A DNA stretch of 64,000 nt from an uncultured bacterium (lineage in GTDB: Bacteria > Chloroflexota > UBA5177 > JANWHV01): NCBI GenBank assembly GCA_963729625.1, contig CAVSOU010000010.1, positions 1,216,001 through 1,280,000 of the forward strand. Reading direction: 5' to 3'. The notes under the pieces were generated by a model. It was not told the DNA's origin, did not search any database, and saw only the letters and a program-made list of their open reading frames with translations. How positions within the stretch are numbered: position 1 is the first letter of the stretch; every line of letters begins with the position of its first letter. Below, one piece after another: positions 51,381 through 62,552 of this stretch. A program made the translations under genes and the position numbers.

Positions 51381-52436
51381 CTAGTCGAACGTGGCCTCGC
51401 CGATCGAGATCGTCGACGGCATAAGGCGGCCGTCACCCAAGGACAGGACGGTGCCCGTGGCCCGAATGGTGGCGGGCGCGTCCGGCCGCAAGCGGATTGC
51501 CGTACCAATCATGCTGAGCATCATGCTGTGGTGTTCTCGCTCGTATGCCGGATTCTTGTCCGGGCCATACAACCTCATCTTTGAGACATGTCGCGAATAA
51601 TGGACTCCGACAATGCCAATCGCCTGCAACTGCTGCCCCATCTTGACGGCGGCCGAAGAGGCACGGTTCCTGCACTGTGTCAGTGCGGCACTGAAATGCG
51701 ATAGCTCCGTGTTTCCGACGCTTCGCTCGTTCCACTCGTCGCTCGCTGCCGTGAGCACGAACCACGCACAATGACCGTAGACAAGTGCAATCGGGTGATA
51801 ACCGGCCCGATGCAACGCCCACCAATCCTGGCCGGACAGATCCGAGAGCCAGGGCGTGGAGAGCGCGCGGTCGGGACCAGCGACGGCGGTCCCGAGCACT
51901 CGCACCTCAATGCTCTTCGCGCTCCACTCGCGCCGGACGATATCGAAGCGAACGCCAATCACTCCCTGTGCGCCTACAGCCGATGCTTCTTGTTGCATGC
52001 GCGAGACCGCAAGCCCGGTCGCCGACGTGTACGCGGCCGACAGCTCGCGCATCTCCGAGTCGGAGCTTCCTGACGCATGGACGATGCCGACGTGATACAT
52101 GGCGCTGCCGCTGACCAAACCCAGGCTCCGGTAGCCGTTTCGTCGCAGCAGGGCGGATTCGGCGGGAGAGAGGTCGCTGGAGAAAAACGTCTGCTGGGGA
52201 TCGGTCCCGCGAATCGTTGCCAGGCGCTGCGTGGCCATCGCCGGAATACCGCCGCCACCGAGCAGCCGGAGATCCGCAGCCTGGCGGACGGCCTCGGACT
52301 CGCGATTGGCATCGATCAGCTTGTCGAGTTCTGCTCGCCGCTGCTTCTCGGCGTCTTTGGAGATTTCCTGTTCCTGGCTCGTGTGATGCCAGGGCAAATG
52401 AAAGTGGGATCGTTTGGGCTCGCCTGACGACTCCAT
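51381..52436 (-). CDS. Tandem YbjQ domain protein C
   Basis: Paralog of 49432-50421 (QAADL.LL..GGIP, SDLSP, SDLSGQ.WW, GTAV/GTAI); AAGGAGG RBS. Confidence 0.8.
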   Translation of the reverse strand: MESSGEPKRSHFHLPWHHTSQEQEISKDAEKQRRAELDKLIDANRESEAVRQAADLRLLGGGGIPAMATQRLATIRGTDPQQTFFSSDLSPAESALLRRNGYRSLGLVSGSAMYHVGIVHASGSSDSEMRELSAAYTSATGLAVSRMQQEASAVGAQGVIGVRFDIVRREWSAKSIEVRVLGTAVAGPDRALSTPWLSDLSGQDWWALHRAGYHPIALVYGHCAWFVLTAASDEWNERSVGNTELSHFSAALTQCRNRASSAAVKMGQQLQAIGIVGVHYSRHVSKMRLYGPDKNPAYEREHHSMMLSMIGTAIRLRPDAPATIRATGTVLSLGDGRLMPSTISIGEATFD

Positions 52437-52698
52437 GCGCTGTATCCCTCCTTACACAGATGCCCAGTCAGGCATGCGAGCCATACTCCTCCAATATGCC
52501 ACGAGTTTAGTTTGTATGGCAGCCACCCGCCGCGCAGAGCGCGGCTGACGAGTGTGACTACTGTTCGAAGATAACGACCGTGAGACAGGACACGTGCACC
52601 GTCAATCAGGTCTCTATTCTCACACGATACGACAGCGTACACTGGGTTCACGAGCGGCGTGCTGGTACCACGAGGGAACACGAGGGAAGCGTACTTCC

Positions 52699-53643
52699 AT
52701 GGAGCCGTACTCAAGCAGTAACCGGGGCGAACACACGGATATGGCGCCGCCCATCGCGACGCCGTTGCTGCGCCTTGCGACCATTTCCGTGCTCGCCATT
52801 CTGCTCGGTGCAGGCGGCGCACTTTTCGTCATGCGATCTGCGCCTGCCGTGACACTGTCCCAGCGGACGAAGCCAGGTGTTGCCGCGCTCACGGGCGCGG
52901 CGAACCCCCTGCACATTCTCTTCATTGGCAACAGCTACACAACTGTGAACGATCTGCCTGGAACACTCGGGCGACTCGCGGCGTCCGGAGGCAACGCGAT
53001 CGCAACCAGTGTCCTGGGGGAGGGTGGCTGGACATTGTCAGAGCACGAGACAGCACAGGAGACCGCCACCGCGCTGCACGATGTACGCTGGGACCTCGTT
53101 GTGCTGCAAGAACAAAGCCAGGTGCCCGCCAGCAGCAGCGACCGGACGCAGACAATGTATCCGGCGGTGCGCGCACTGGCACGCGCCAGCCAGTCGATCG
53201 GGGCCACCCCGCTGCTCTTTCTCACCTGGGGGCACCGCACCGGCTGGCCCGAGCTGGGCCTTCAGAGCTATGCGGCGATGCAGGACCAGGTGACGAACGG
53301 CTACACCACCATCGCGAATCAGTTGGGGTTGCCTGTCGCCCCGGTCGGCGAAGCATGGCGGCAGGGCACTACCACCTCACCACCCCTCGACCTCTGGCAA
53401 GCGGACGACAGCCACCCGACCATGCAAGGCACGTATCTGGCCGCCTGCGTCTTCTATGCGACCATCTTCCGGAGAAGCCCGCAGGGGCTGGCCTTCCAGG
53501 ATGGCCTCAACCCCGCCGTCGCCCGCACCATTCAGAACGTCGCGGCCCAGACCGTGCTCGGTGACCTGTCGCGCTGGAACCTTCGTGCGGCGCTGTCAGC
53601 GCCGCAAGCTACAGCAACGAACGACCGGGTTGCCCTGCCGTAG
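52699..53643 (+). CDS. Exported or membrane-anchored SGNH hydrolase (DUF4886-like)
   Basis: N-terminal hydrophobic segment, ILFIGNSYT, WDLVVLQEQS, DDSHPT. Confidence 0.85.
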   Translation: MEPYSSSNRGEHTDMAPPIATPLLRLATISVLAILLGAGGALFVMRSAPAVTLSQRTKPGVAALTGAANPLHILFIGNSYTTVNDLPGTLGRLAASGGNAIATSVLGEGGWTLSEHETAQETATALHDVRWDLVVLQEQSQVPASSSDRTQTMYPAVRALARASQSIGATPLLFLTWGHRTGWPELGLQSYAAMQDQVTNGYTTIANQLGLPVAPVGEAWRQGTTTSPPLDLWQADDSHPTMQGTYLAACVFYATIFRRSPQGLAFQDGLNPAVARTIQNVAAQTVLGDLSRWNLRAALSAPQATATNDRVALP

Positions 53644-53937
53644 TCACACACAAGCGTGAGGGATCGAGGGAGGCGGCGACCGTCGGGAATCTCAGCTGTC
53701 CAATCTGCGCACCGCGGGAGACGGCCTCCTCGGCGGACGACGAAGCCGCAGTGCCTGATCGCCACAAGGGCGCACGAAGCCGCGCCTCCGGTTTAAACCG
53801 GATGGCAGAGACGACGGGCCCGATACATCCGGCTGCGACGGACTTGAGCGCACCCGGATGTATTCGGCGTGGCTCCAGCCTTCCGCTTTCACGTGGCGAA
53901 ACCACTCATTCCAATGCCGAAACCTGCGCTTGAAAGG

Positions 53938-53979
53938 GCGCCCTCCCCGGGGACGTTGCTCCCCATGCATGGGAGGGCG
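53938..53979. terminator. Hairpin downstream of the ferritin gene
   Basis: CGCCCTCCC...GGGAGGGCG outer stem with inner GGGGA/TCCCC. Confidence 0.4.
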
Positions 53980-54002
53980 ATGCAAGGTGGCGTGGCGCGC
54001 GC

Positions 54003-54518
54003 TCAGCTTGCCGGTGCCGGAGCAGGGGCCGCTGCTTTGCGTGCGCCGACCTCCTTCTGCAGCAGGAACATCGCGGTCGGGTTGTCCCCAATCATCTTCA
54101 GCGCCTCCACGATCTGCGTAGCGTTCTTCTCCTCCTCCACCTGCTCGCTCACAAACCACTGCAGCAGGATCTGCGCCGGATAATCCTCTTCCCGCAGCGC
54201 CAGCGCATAGATCCCGTTGACGGAAGCCGTCACCGCCTGTTCATGCTGCAGGGCCTGGCTGAAGGCGTCGAGCGGCGAGGAGAAATCGCGCCCGGGCTGG
54301 TCCAGTACCAGCAGCTCGGGGCGGCTGCCGCGGTCGAGCAGGAAGTCGAAGATGCGCATGGCGTGGCCCACTTCCTCCTGACTCTGTAGCCGCAGCCACC
54401 GCGCAAAACCCGCCAGACCGGTCGACTCGCAGTACCCCGAGGCCGATAGGTAGAAATAGGCTGACGCCAGCTCCATGCTGATCTGCCGGTTGAGTGCGGT
54501 CCTGACGGCTTCCTTCAT
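54003..54518 (-). CDS. ftnA: Non-heme ferritin
   Basis: LNRQISMEL.SAYFYL, QSQEEVGHA, HEQAVT, QWFVSEQVEEE ferroxidase residues. Confidence 0.93.
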   Translation of the reverse strand: MKEAVRTALNRQISMELASAYFYLSASGYCESTGLAGFARWLRLQSQEEVGHAMRIFDFLLDRGSRPELLVLDQPGRDFSSPLDAFSQALQHEQAVTASVNGIYALALREEDYPAQILLQWFVSEQVEEEKNATQIVEALKMIGDNPTAMFLLQKEVGARKAAAPAPAPAS

Positions 54519-54649
54519 GACACGCTTCCCCTCTCAATTGAGCGGACTACCGAATCTTGTGGACGCGAGATGAGCGGAAGACTAGCCCGCGACCTGCCCT
54601 CCCGACCCTATCAGCCCGCTGCTCGCGCCTGCTTTATGGTAGAACGTCT

Positions 54650-55060
54650 GCGACGTGCACGCCAGGGGCACGCTGCGCCAGGGCCAGGGCACGCCGGAGA
54701 TCGCGTACGGCATCCGGCAACTTGCCCACGTCCGCGAGCGCTTGTCCGCGTGTCTGCTAACCCGCCGGCTGGTATTTGAGCCGACCCCGTCGACGACTTT
54801 GGCCCACCGATTCAGTCGCACGCCCGATTGCGTCGCCCCATCGGCCGCGGGCAAGAGGAATCTCGGCGCGCACCTGAGTGAGGCGGATCTGCCGTAGCCA
54901 ACCGTGCCATCGTGCGGTGGCGCCGCCACCTCGGTCACCTCATCCAGCGGTTGCTCAGCCGGACCAATCTCCCGGCGTCTCGTCTACCGCCTTGGCCACT
55001 ATATCGGTTTGACGAACAGCCGACTGGAGCGGGCAGCGCATGCTCTCAAGAACGGCGGTT
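54650..55060 (+). pseudogene. Possible highly degenerate DDE transposase remnant
   Basis: GIRQLAHV...EPTPSTTLAHRF weakly resembles IS1380/IS4 N-terminal segments. Confidence 0.25.
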
Positions 55061-55135
55061 CCGTTGGGGTAGCAGTGGGCATGGCTACGCCAGGACTGCG
55101 AGCCGTCACACTTACCGCTTGCTCGGCCAGGTTGA

Positions 55136-56608
55136 TTAAGAGTTCAGAAGTAGGTGAAGCGGAAATCGAGCCAGAGGTGTAGCGCATTACGTCGCGGCCC
55201 GGTAGGGTCAAGGAATGACACTCGACGCTGCCTTGGCCCTGATTGCGGAACTGCAGACCCAGAATGCGCTGCTGCGGCAGCAGGTGGCGCAGTTGCGAGC
55301 GGAAAACGCGGCCCTGCGGGCGCGTGTGGCGGTCTTCGAGCAGCGGATCGCCGAACTGGAGGCAGAGAAGCGACCACCGCCGCCCTGGGCCAAGGCCAAC
55401 CGGGTCAAGCGCGTGAAAGCGGACGGCGAACAGCGGCGGCAGCGGGCGCCGGAGCAGAACCATGGGCGACCGCGCGGCACGCCAACCCAGACGGTGCAGC
55501 ATGCCTACGCGCACTGTCCGGACTGCGGCTACCGGCTGCGCGGGCAGGCGGTGCGGCGGCGGCGGGAGGTGCTCGAGCTGCCCGCCACACCGGTGAGCGT
55601 GGTCGAGCATCAGATCCTCAGGCGGTACTGCCCGGCCTGCCGCGCCTACAAGACGCCGTAGGTCTCGTTTGCCGGCGTCGTGCTGGGCCAGAGCCGGATT
55701 GGCGTGCGCCTGGCCAGCCTGATCGGCACCCTGCGCAGCAGCGGTCGGCTGCCCGTGGCGCAGATCCAGCGGCTGCTGGCCCAGGTGTATGGGCTGCAGC
55801 TCTCGCGCGGCGGTGTGCAGGACATCTTGTCTCGGCTGCGCGCGGCGCTGGCGCCGGTGGCGAGGGCGATCCGCGCGCAGACGCGGGCCAGTCCGGCCCA
55901 GCACATGGACGAGACGGGCTGGCGCCAGGATGGCCAGAACGGCTACCTGTGGGTGCAAGCGACGGATGGGCCCACGGCCGCCCGGCTGTACACCTTCCAC
56001 CCCAGCCGTGCCGGCCAGGTGGCGCGAGACCTGCTCGGTGACTTTACCGGCGTGCTAACCACAGACTTCTACGTCGCCTACGACCAGTATGCCGGGCCCA
56101 AACAGCGCTGTTGGACGCATCTCCTTCGGGACGCGCACAAACTGGGCGAAGACTATCCGGACCGGCCAGACGTCCAAGACTGGGTAGGGACGCTCAAAAC
56201 GCTCTTTACTCAGGCCCGCGCCCTCGACCTGGCGGGCTGCACCGCGCGTGAGCGGGCCCGTGTGGCCCGGAATCTGGAGCGACGCACCCGGCTGCTCGCC
56301 CGCTGCTACCGCGAGACCGACGGCCACCCAGCACACGTCCTCGCCACCCGCTTGCACCGCTACGAGAGCGAGCTGTTCGAGTTCATCCGCACGCCGGGCG
56401 TCAGCCCCACCAACAACCTGGCCGAGCGCGCCGTCCGGCCCCAGGTGATCGCGCGCAAAATCAGCGGTGGCTCGCGCAGCCCGGCCGGCTCGGCCATCCG
56501 CTGCGATCTGGCCACCGTCTTCCACACCTGGACGGCCCGCAACCTCAATTCCTTCGCCGCCTGCCTTGAGACGCTCCAGACTCCTTTACCTCAAGTCTGA
56601 ACTCTTAC
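55136..56608 (+). mobile_element. IS66-family insertion sequence, single-ORF (ISBst12-like) type, about 1.47 kb
   Basis: IRL TTAAGAGTTCAGAAGTAGG; IRR reverse complement GTAAGAGTTCAGACTTGAGG; no target duplication visible. Confidence 0.85.
55215..56600 (+). pseudogene. tnpC: IS66 transposase (TnpC) with an in-frame TAG at 55659-55661
   Basis: Leucine zipper, CPDC/CPAC zinc finger, HMDETGW, TTDFYVAY, QRCWTHLLR, TNNLAERAVR; both ORFs are in the same frame. Confidence 0.9.
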
Positions 56609-56865
56609 TCCAGTACCTCGTCGTCGCTGACGCCGGTGTACGCTTGCAGGATGGTTGCCAGTGCCACCTGGGCTGGCGGCACGGGGGGATGACTGACCGT
56701 GCTCGCCGCGTACATCGTCGCCAGCTCCGTTTGGAACGCCGCGTCAAACAGCACGTGCCGCTGCTCCCGCAGCCAGATGAACAGGGTCGCGCGCTTGATC
56801 CGCCGCATGATCGCAGCTTCGTCGGATGACAGGTCGACCGGGGGCTGCCAGATGGTTGGGCGCAT
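56605..56865 (-). pseudogene. N-terminal part of an IS1182-like transposase, truncated at the IS66 end
   Basis: MRPTIWQPP...LFDAAFQTELATMY...PPVPPAQVALATILQAYTGVSDDE; its stop codon is supplied by the IS66 IR. Confidence 0.75.
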
Positions 56866-57223
56866 GGGGAAGTCCTCTCTGAGTCATCTTGGGCCTGGAT
56901 GGGGTGCTTCCCAGCAAACCACGTCGTTGCCTAGCGATCAAGCAACCTCAGCGCTATTAGCTAGCCGACGCTCTAGAGCTCCGGGATGTGGCGATACGGA
57001 TAGCGGAACTAGCGGCAACAGTGCACACATGTAGCCCATACAGCTGGCAGGGCACGGGTGCCTGTACCCGGTCAATCCGCGGTATCTTCACTTGTGGCAT
57101 GAGTTGCGCCGCTACATCCGTCACGCCAATCCGGCGCGACTGCCTGCTGGGCGCCTATTGCCCCAAAGGGCGAGAACGAGGGCGAGGGACGCAACGCCGG
57201 ACGAGCAAGGGAAGGTTGTACCT

Positions 57224-59584
57224 GTGGAGGGACAGTCGTTCAGTGCGTTGTTGCGCCGCTATCGCCTAGCCGCTGGAATCTCACAGGAGACGCTGGCCGA
57301 GCGTGCGGGCATCTCGCTCCAAGCGGTCAGCGCGATTGAGCGCGGCGTTCGCCGCGCGGCCCGGCGGGAGACAGTGGCGGCCATGGCCCGCGGGCTAGCG
57401 TTGAACGCGGAGGAATCCGGGGCGCTCGACGCCACAGTCCGTCGCCATCGACGTCCGCGTCCTGCGCTCGCCATGCCGCACGGCCTACCGCTCACTGCCA
57501 ACCCGCTGATCGGGCGCGAAGCCGACGCGTCGGTGCTGGCATACCTGCTCCGCCGGCCGCACGTGCGGCTGCTGACAATTGTCGGCCCGGGCGGCGTGGG
57601 CAAGACGTGCCTTGCTCTGCGAGCGGCGATCGATGTCGTCGGCTCTTTCGCCGACGGCGCAGTCTGGGTAGACCTCAGCTCGGTGCGCGACCCGGAACTG
57701 GTGACAGCGACGATCGCCGCGCGGCTGGAGATCCGCCAGCGCGGGCCGGAACCGCTCGCCGATCTGCTTGTGGCTCACCTCCGATCGCGGATACTGCTGT
57801 TGGTGCTGGACAACATCGAACAATTGCTGCCGTCGAGTGTTCTGCTCCAGCGGCTGCTGGATGACTGCCCGGGATTGCGTATTCTGGCAACCAGCCGCGT
57901 TCCGCCTCGAGTACGGAGCGCACAGGACTATGCATTGGCCCCCCTGGCCTTGCCACCACCCGATTTGCAGGACCCCGCGGTGATTGGCACGTATGCGGCA
58001 GTGGAGCTATTCCTCGTGCGCGCCCGTGAAGTCGTTCCGAGGCTCACACTGAACCCTGTCACGGCACCGATCCTCGCCGAGCTGTGCCGGAGGCTGGATG
58101 GGCTCCCACTGGCGATCGAGCTGGCGGCGGCCCTGGTCCGGCAACTGCCGCCGCAGGCCATGCTCGATCGCCTGTGCGAGCATGCCCCCTTCTCCAGCGG
58201 TGCGCTTCATCTGCTGGGCGGAGGCGCCTGGGACCGACCCGAGCGGCAGCAGACAATGCACGCGGCGATCTCCTGGAGCCACGAACTGCTCGAACCGGAG
58301 GAGCAGACACTGTTCCGGCAACTGGCCGTGTTTGCCGGCGGCTGGACCGCCGCGGCCGCCGAGGCCGTGGTGCAAGCATCTGACGAGATCATTGGCGACG
58401 TGCCCTGCATCCTGGGTGTATTGGTGCAGAAGCACCTGGCACGCCGCGAAGGCCAGGCGGGAGGGTCGGCGCGCTTTTCGATGCTCGAGACAACTCGCGA
58501 GTACGCGGTAGAGCAGCTCGAGCGCCGCGGTGAGGAGGCCGCGGCTGCGCGGGCCAGGCACGCAGCCTACTATCTGGATCTGGCTGAGCGGGCAGAACCA
58601 GAGCTGACCAGTGCGGACCAGGCGCTCTGGCTGATCCGGCTTGAGGCGGAGCACGACAACCTGCGCGCGGCACTGAATTGGGCGACGCGGCACGGTGACC
58701 CGGAAATAGGCCTGCAGCTTGCGGCGGCGCTGTGGCGATTCTGGTATACGCGTGGCTACCTGGCAGAAGGCCGTCGCTGGCTGAGTGCGGCACTGGCGCA
58801 TGCACCCGTGGGTGCACCCGGCAAGGCACTGGCGCGGGCGCAGGCGCTGTTTGCCGCCGGCGTGCTCGCCTCCGAGCAAGGCGCGGACGACCAGGCTCAG
58901 GCCGCCAGCGAAGAGAGCCTGGCGCTGTTCCGCGCGGCAGGATACCTTCGAGGGCAGGCAGGGGTGCTGAATACACTCGGCGTGATCGCGCGTAACCGCG
59001 GCAACTATACGCGCGCCGAGGCACTGTACAAGGACGTGCTGGCAATTGACAGGGAGCTCGACGATCGGCGAGGTGTGGGCGCCGCGCTGCACAATCTCGG
59101 CATCGCGGTCGCGCAGCAGGGCCAGGTTGAGCGCGCGCTGGCCCTGTTCGCCGAGAGCCTGACCCTGCGGCGTGAGACCGGCAACCGGTGGGGAACCGCC
59201 AACACGCTGCTTAGCATTGGTGCCGCGTGCGTGCGGGCCGGTCACCAGGAGCTGGCGTACGCGGCGCTGAGGGAGAGTGTGGAGGTTTTTCGGGTGCTTG
59301 GCGATCGCGACGGAATAGCCGGCTGTCTGGAGGAGCTGGGCGCGCTAGCCGCGACCGAATTGCAGCCCGAACGCGCCGCGTGCCTGCTCGCGGCAACGGC
59401 CCAGATGCGCGCAGCGATCGGGGCACCGCTCCCCCCAGACGACCAGGAGCATACCAACCGGATCATCACCTCCCTTCTGGCGACGCTGGGGCGTGAAGCA
59501 TTCGAGACGGCCTGGGCCACTGGGCAATCGCTGGGCATTGAGGAAACCATCAGCATGGCGTTGCAGCATGAGACCGCCGGCTGA
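57224..59584 (+). CDS. XRE-HTH + NB-ARC (STAND) ATPase + TPR regulator 1
   Basis: [47 protein letters not shown] repeats; GTG start. Confidence 0.92.
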   Translation: MEGQSFSALLRRYRLAAGISQETLAERAGISLQAVSAIERGVRRAARRETVAAMARGLALNAEESGALDATVRRHRRPRPALAMPHGLPLTANPLIGREADASVLAYLLRRPHVRLLTIVGPGGVGKTCLALRAAIDVVGSFADGAVWVDLSSVRDPELVTATIAARLEIRQRGPEPLADLLVAHLRSRILLLVLDNIEQLLPSSVLLQRLLDDCPGLRILATSRVPPRVRSAQDYALAPLALPPPDLQDPAVIGTYAAVELFLVRAREVVPRLTLNPVTAPILAELCRRLDGLPLAIELAAALVRQLPPQAMLDRLCEHAPFSSGALHLLGGGAWDRPERQQTMHAAISWSHELLEPEEQTLFRQLAVFAGGWTAAAAEAVVQASDEIIGDVPCILGVLVQKHLARREGQAGGSARFSMLETTREYAVEQLERRGEEAAAARARHAAYYLDLAERAEPELTSADQALWLIRLEAEHDNLRAALNWATRHGDPEIGLQLAAALWRFWYTRGYLAEGRRWLSAALAHAPVGAPGKALARAQALFAAGVLASEQGADDQAQAASEESLALFRAAGYLRGQAGVLNTLGVIARNRGNYTRAEALYKDVLAIDRELDDRRGVGAALHNLGIAVAQQGQVERALALFAESLTLRRETGNRWGTANTLLSIGAACVRAGHQELAYAALRESVEVFRVLGDRDGIAGCLEELGALAATELQPERAACLLAATAQMRAAIGAPLPPDDQEHTNRIITSLLATLGREAFETAWATGQSLGIEETISMALQHETAG

Positions 59585-59877
59585 GACGCTGCCGTCAGCT
59601 CGCCACGTGCTTCCCGCTCTATTCTGCCTCCTGGCAGCTGCTGTCGACACCTAAAGGGCTGTGCTCACAAGTCCGCAAACGATGCCGGTGCTCACGGGTT
59701 CCGGTATGTGGCCACAAGTACGCAGTGGACGCAGGTCCTGTCCGGCTCACCAAGCACGCGCACACCGCTTCGCCCACGCCTCGCTGGGCCTGTACAATTG
59801 GAATAGCGGCCACCTGGAAACCCCGGGGACAGATGGAGCGTCCCCGTGTCTGGGCTGGTCGAGGAGAGGTCGATCTG

Positions 59878-62343
59878 GTGGAGGAGCGCCCGTTCAGTGC
59901 CATGCTACGGGACCTTCGCCGCGCGGCCGGCCTGTCGCAAGAGGCGCTTGCCGAGCGCGCCGCTCTCTCACCGCAGGCCGTTGGCGCCCTGGAGGCCGGC
60001 CGTCGCCGTATCCCCCGCCGGGAGACGGTCGAGGCACTGGCCGGCGCGTTGGCGCTGGATGAGAAGCGGGCTGGCGCGCTGGCTACGGCGGTCCGGCGTG
60101 CGCCGGTCGCGCGCCTACCAGACGAATCGCACCACGAGCTGCCGCCGGCCACCACGCCGCTGATAGGGCGCGAGAATGAGCTACGACAGCTGGTCACGCG
60201 GCTCGGCCATCCCACTGTACGCCTGCTATCCCTGGTGGGACCAGGCGGCGTGGGCAAGACTTGCCTTGCGCTGCAGGTCGCCATCACCACGTCCGCCTTC
60301 CGCGACGGCGCTGCCTGGGTGGATCTCAGTCCGGTACGCGACGTTGACCTGGTGGCCGCGACGATCGCCGCACGACTGGAGGTTCACGCAGCCGGGCTAA
60401 CACCGCTTCCCGATCTGCTGGCCGCGCACTTGGCGGAGCGGCGGTTGCTTCTGGTGCTGGACAATCTTGAGCAGGTTCTTTTGGCGCGAGGGCTAGTACA
60501 ACAACTCCTCGACGCCTGTCCCGGCTTGAAAGTCCTGGCCACCAGCCGGGTGCCGTTGGGCCTGCCGGGCGAGCACGTCCACGCGGTGGCGCCACTGCCC
60601 GTGCCGGCAGCGGGGCAGCAGGATCCCGAGACGATCGCGGGACACGCGGCGGTGGCCCTCTTTGTGGAGCGCGCGCGCGAGGTGGCGCCGCGGCTGGCGA
60701 TGACTGATACCGATACCGTTGCGGTCGCGGCCATTTGCCGGCGTCTGGACGGCCTGCCGCTGGCGATCGAGCTGGCGGCGGCGCTGGTCAAGGTGCTGCC
60801 GCCCCAGGCTATGCTGGCCCGGCTGATCGCGAGCACGCACACGCAGAGTGGAGCGCTGGATCTGCTGACGGCTGGCGCCTGGGACCGACCCGATCGCCAG
60901 CAAACCATGCGCGATACGATTGACTGGAGCTATGATCTGCTCTCACCTGAGGAGCAAGCGTTGTTCCGCCGCCTTGCCGTGTTCGCGAGCGGCTGCACTC
61001 TTCCGGCTGCCGAGGCGGTGTGTGCCGCGCCCAGGGAGAACCTGGACGTGCTGGAGGGCCTGGCTTCGCTGCTGGACAAGAACCTGCTGGTGCAGCTGGA
61101 GGGTGCGGATACTGCGCCGCGCGTCGGCATGTTGGAGACGATCCGGGACTATGCAGCGGAGAGGCTGGCCCTCAGCGGCGAGCGGCCACGGATTCAGGAA
61201 CGCCATGCCGCCGAGATCCTCGCGATCGTCCTAGAAGCCGAGCCTGAGCTGGGGGGACCACGACAGACCATATGGCTCCAGCGCATTGACGCGGAACTGG
61301 ATAATGTGCGCGCAGTGCTACTCCGGTCTGTCGAGGGCGAGGATACTGCTACCGGACTGCGGCTGTCATCGGCGCTACTGAATTACTGGACGATCCGTGG
61401 TCACTTCGCAGAGGGGCGAAAATGGGTAGATCGGCTGCTAGCTCACCCAGAGACCAACGCAAGCGAGCCCGCCTCTCAGGCCCGCGCGCGCGCACAGCAT
61501 GTCGCGGGGAGGCTCGCCTACCTGCAAGGTGACAACCCGCGGGCACTGGCCATGTTCGAGGAGAGCCTGGCGCTCAGCCGCCTGCTCAAGGACAGCGACG
61601 GCGTGCTGTCTGGGCTCAACGACATCGGAGGCGCCGTGTTCCGCCTGGGCGACTATGCGCGCGCCGCGGCCCTCTATGAGGAGGCGATGGCGATGCGGCG
61701 CGATCGCGGCGAGACGCGACTGGTCGCGCAACTGCTGAATAACCTCGCGACCAGTGCCTTCGCGCAGGGCGAATTCGCGCATGGGATCGAGCTGAGCGAG
61801 GAGAGCCTTGGCCTGCTGCGTGCGCTCGACGATCGATACAGCATTGCCGTGGCGCTGACAAACCTAGGCCAGGCCTCGCTGGAGATGGGCGATGTTCATG
61901 GGGCGGTCAGGGCCTGCGACGAGGGTCTGCCGCTGGCGCGCGAACTCCAGGCGAGCGATGCGATCGCCAGATTCCTCTCGCTCGGCGGCAGCATCTCTCG
62001 CCAGAGCGGAGACTTCGGCCGAGCGCGCCGCCAGCTTGCCGAGGCACTGGCACTGTACCGGGACCTGGGTGCAAGGGACGAGCTGTGGCGGACGCTCGAG
62101 GAGCTCGCCATGGTGGCGCTCGGCGACCGCCAGTTTGAGCGGAGTGCGCTTCTGCTTGCCGCTGCCTCCGCGTGTTATGAGGTTGCCGGCACTGTGCGCT
62201 CACCTGTCGAGCAGGCCACGTACGACCACTGCGCGACCGCCGCGTCGGCGGCTCTGGGCATCCACGTGTTCCAGGCCGCCTGGACGCGGGGACATGCGTT
62301 GTCGCTGGAAGACGCAGTCGCGCTCGGTGGCGAGGCACCCTGA
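59878..62343 (+). CDS. XRE-HTH + NB-ARC (STAND) ATPase + TPR regulator 2
   Basis: Same architecture and motifs as regulator 1; GGAGAGG RBS and GTG start. Confidence 0.92.
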   Translation: MEERPFSAMLRDLRRAAGLSQEALAERAALSPQAVGALEAGRRRIPRRETVEALAGALALDEKRAGALATAVRRAPVARLPDESHHELPPATTPLIGRENELRQLVTRLGHPTVRLLSLVGPGGVGKTCLALQVAITTSAFRDGAAWVDLSPVRDVDLVAATIAARLEVHAAGLTPLPDLLAAHLAERRLLLVLDNLEQVLLARGLVQQLLDACPGLKVLATSRVPLGLPGEHVHAVAPLPVPAAGQQDPETIAGHAAVALFVERAREVAPRLAMTDTDTVAVAAICRRLDGLPLAIELAAALVKVLPPQAMLARLIASTHTQSGALDLLTAGAWDRPDRQQTMRDTIDWSYDLLSPEEQALFRRLAVFASGCTLPAAEAVCAAPRENLDVLEGLASLLDKNLLVQLEGADTAPRVGMLETIRDYAAERLALSGERPRIQERHAAEILAIVLEAEPELGGPRQTIWLQRIDAELDNVRAVLLRSVEGEDTATGLRLSSALLNYWTIRGHFAEGRKWVDRLLAHPETNASEPASQARARAQHVAGRLAYLQGDNPRALAMFEESLALSRLLKDSDGVLSGLNDIGGAVFRLGDYARAAALYEEAMAMRRDRGETRLVAQLLNNLATSAFAQGEFAHGIELSEESLGLLRALDDRYSIAVALTNLGQASLEMGDVHGAVRACDEGLPLARELQASDAIARFLSLGGSISRQSGDFGRARRQLAEALALYRDLGARDELWRTLEELAMVALGDRQFERSALLLAAASACYEVAGTVRSPVEQATYDHCATAASAALGIHVFQAAWTRGHALSLEDAVALGGEAP

Positions 62344-62552
62344 CGAGCACGGCTCGGACGTGTGCTGAAATCCAGCCCATAACAAGTTTTGTATGGTTTT
62401 ATTGTGCGGCTCATTGTCGCTGGTCCCGCGAACGTCCAGGGCAAATACTGGTGGTAGGGGATCCAGTGACGCGGTGCGCGCCTTCTGACGCCGGCATCTG
62501 GATGTGAGCCCCGATACGGCAGGTTGGCCGTCAGCGAAGGAGACGAGGGACC

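Noticed and set aside
54003-54518. Ferritin as encapsulin cargo
   Set aside because: It is a classical four-helix ferritin, no encapsulin shell gene is in the window, and the AAAPAPAPAS tail lacks a typical targeting motif.
18883-55661. In-frame TAG codons (18883, about 34770, 55659) as possible pyrrolysine or stop-codon recoding
   Set aside because: They occur only in otherwise damaged genes, similar in-frame TAA stops exist (27929, 46533), many intact genes end in TAG, and no pyl genes are present.
57224-62343. Avs-type antiphage defence system
   Set aside because: The N-terminal domains are XRE HTHs with no nuclease, TIR, SIR2 or protease effector, so a regulatory role is more parsimonious.
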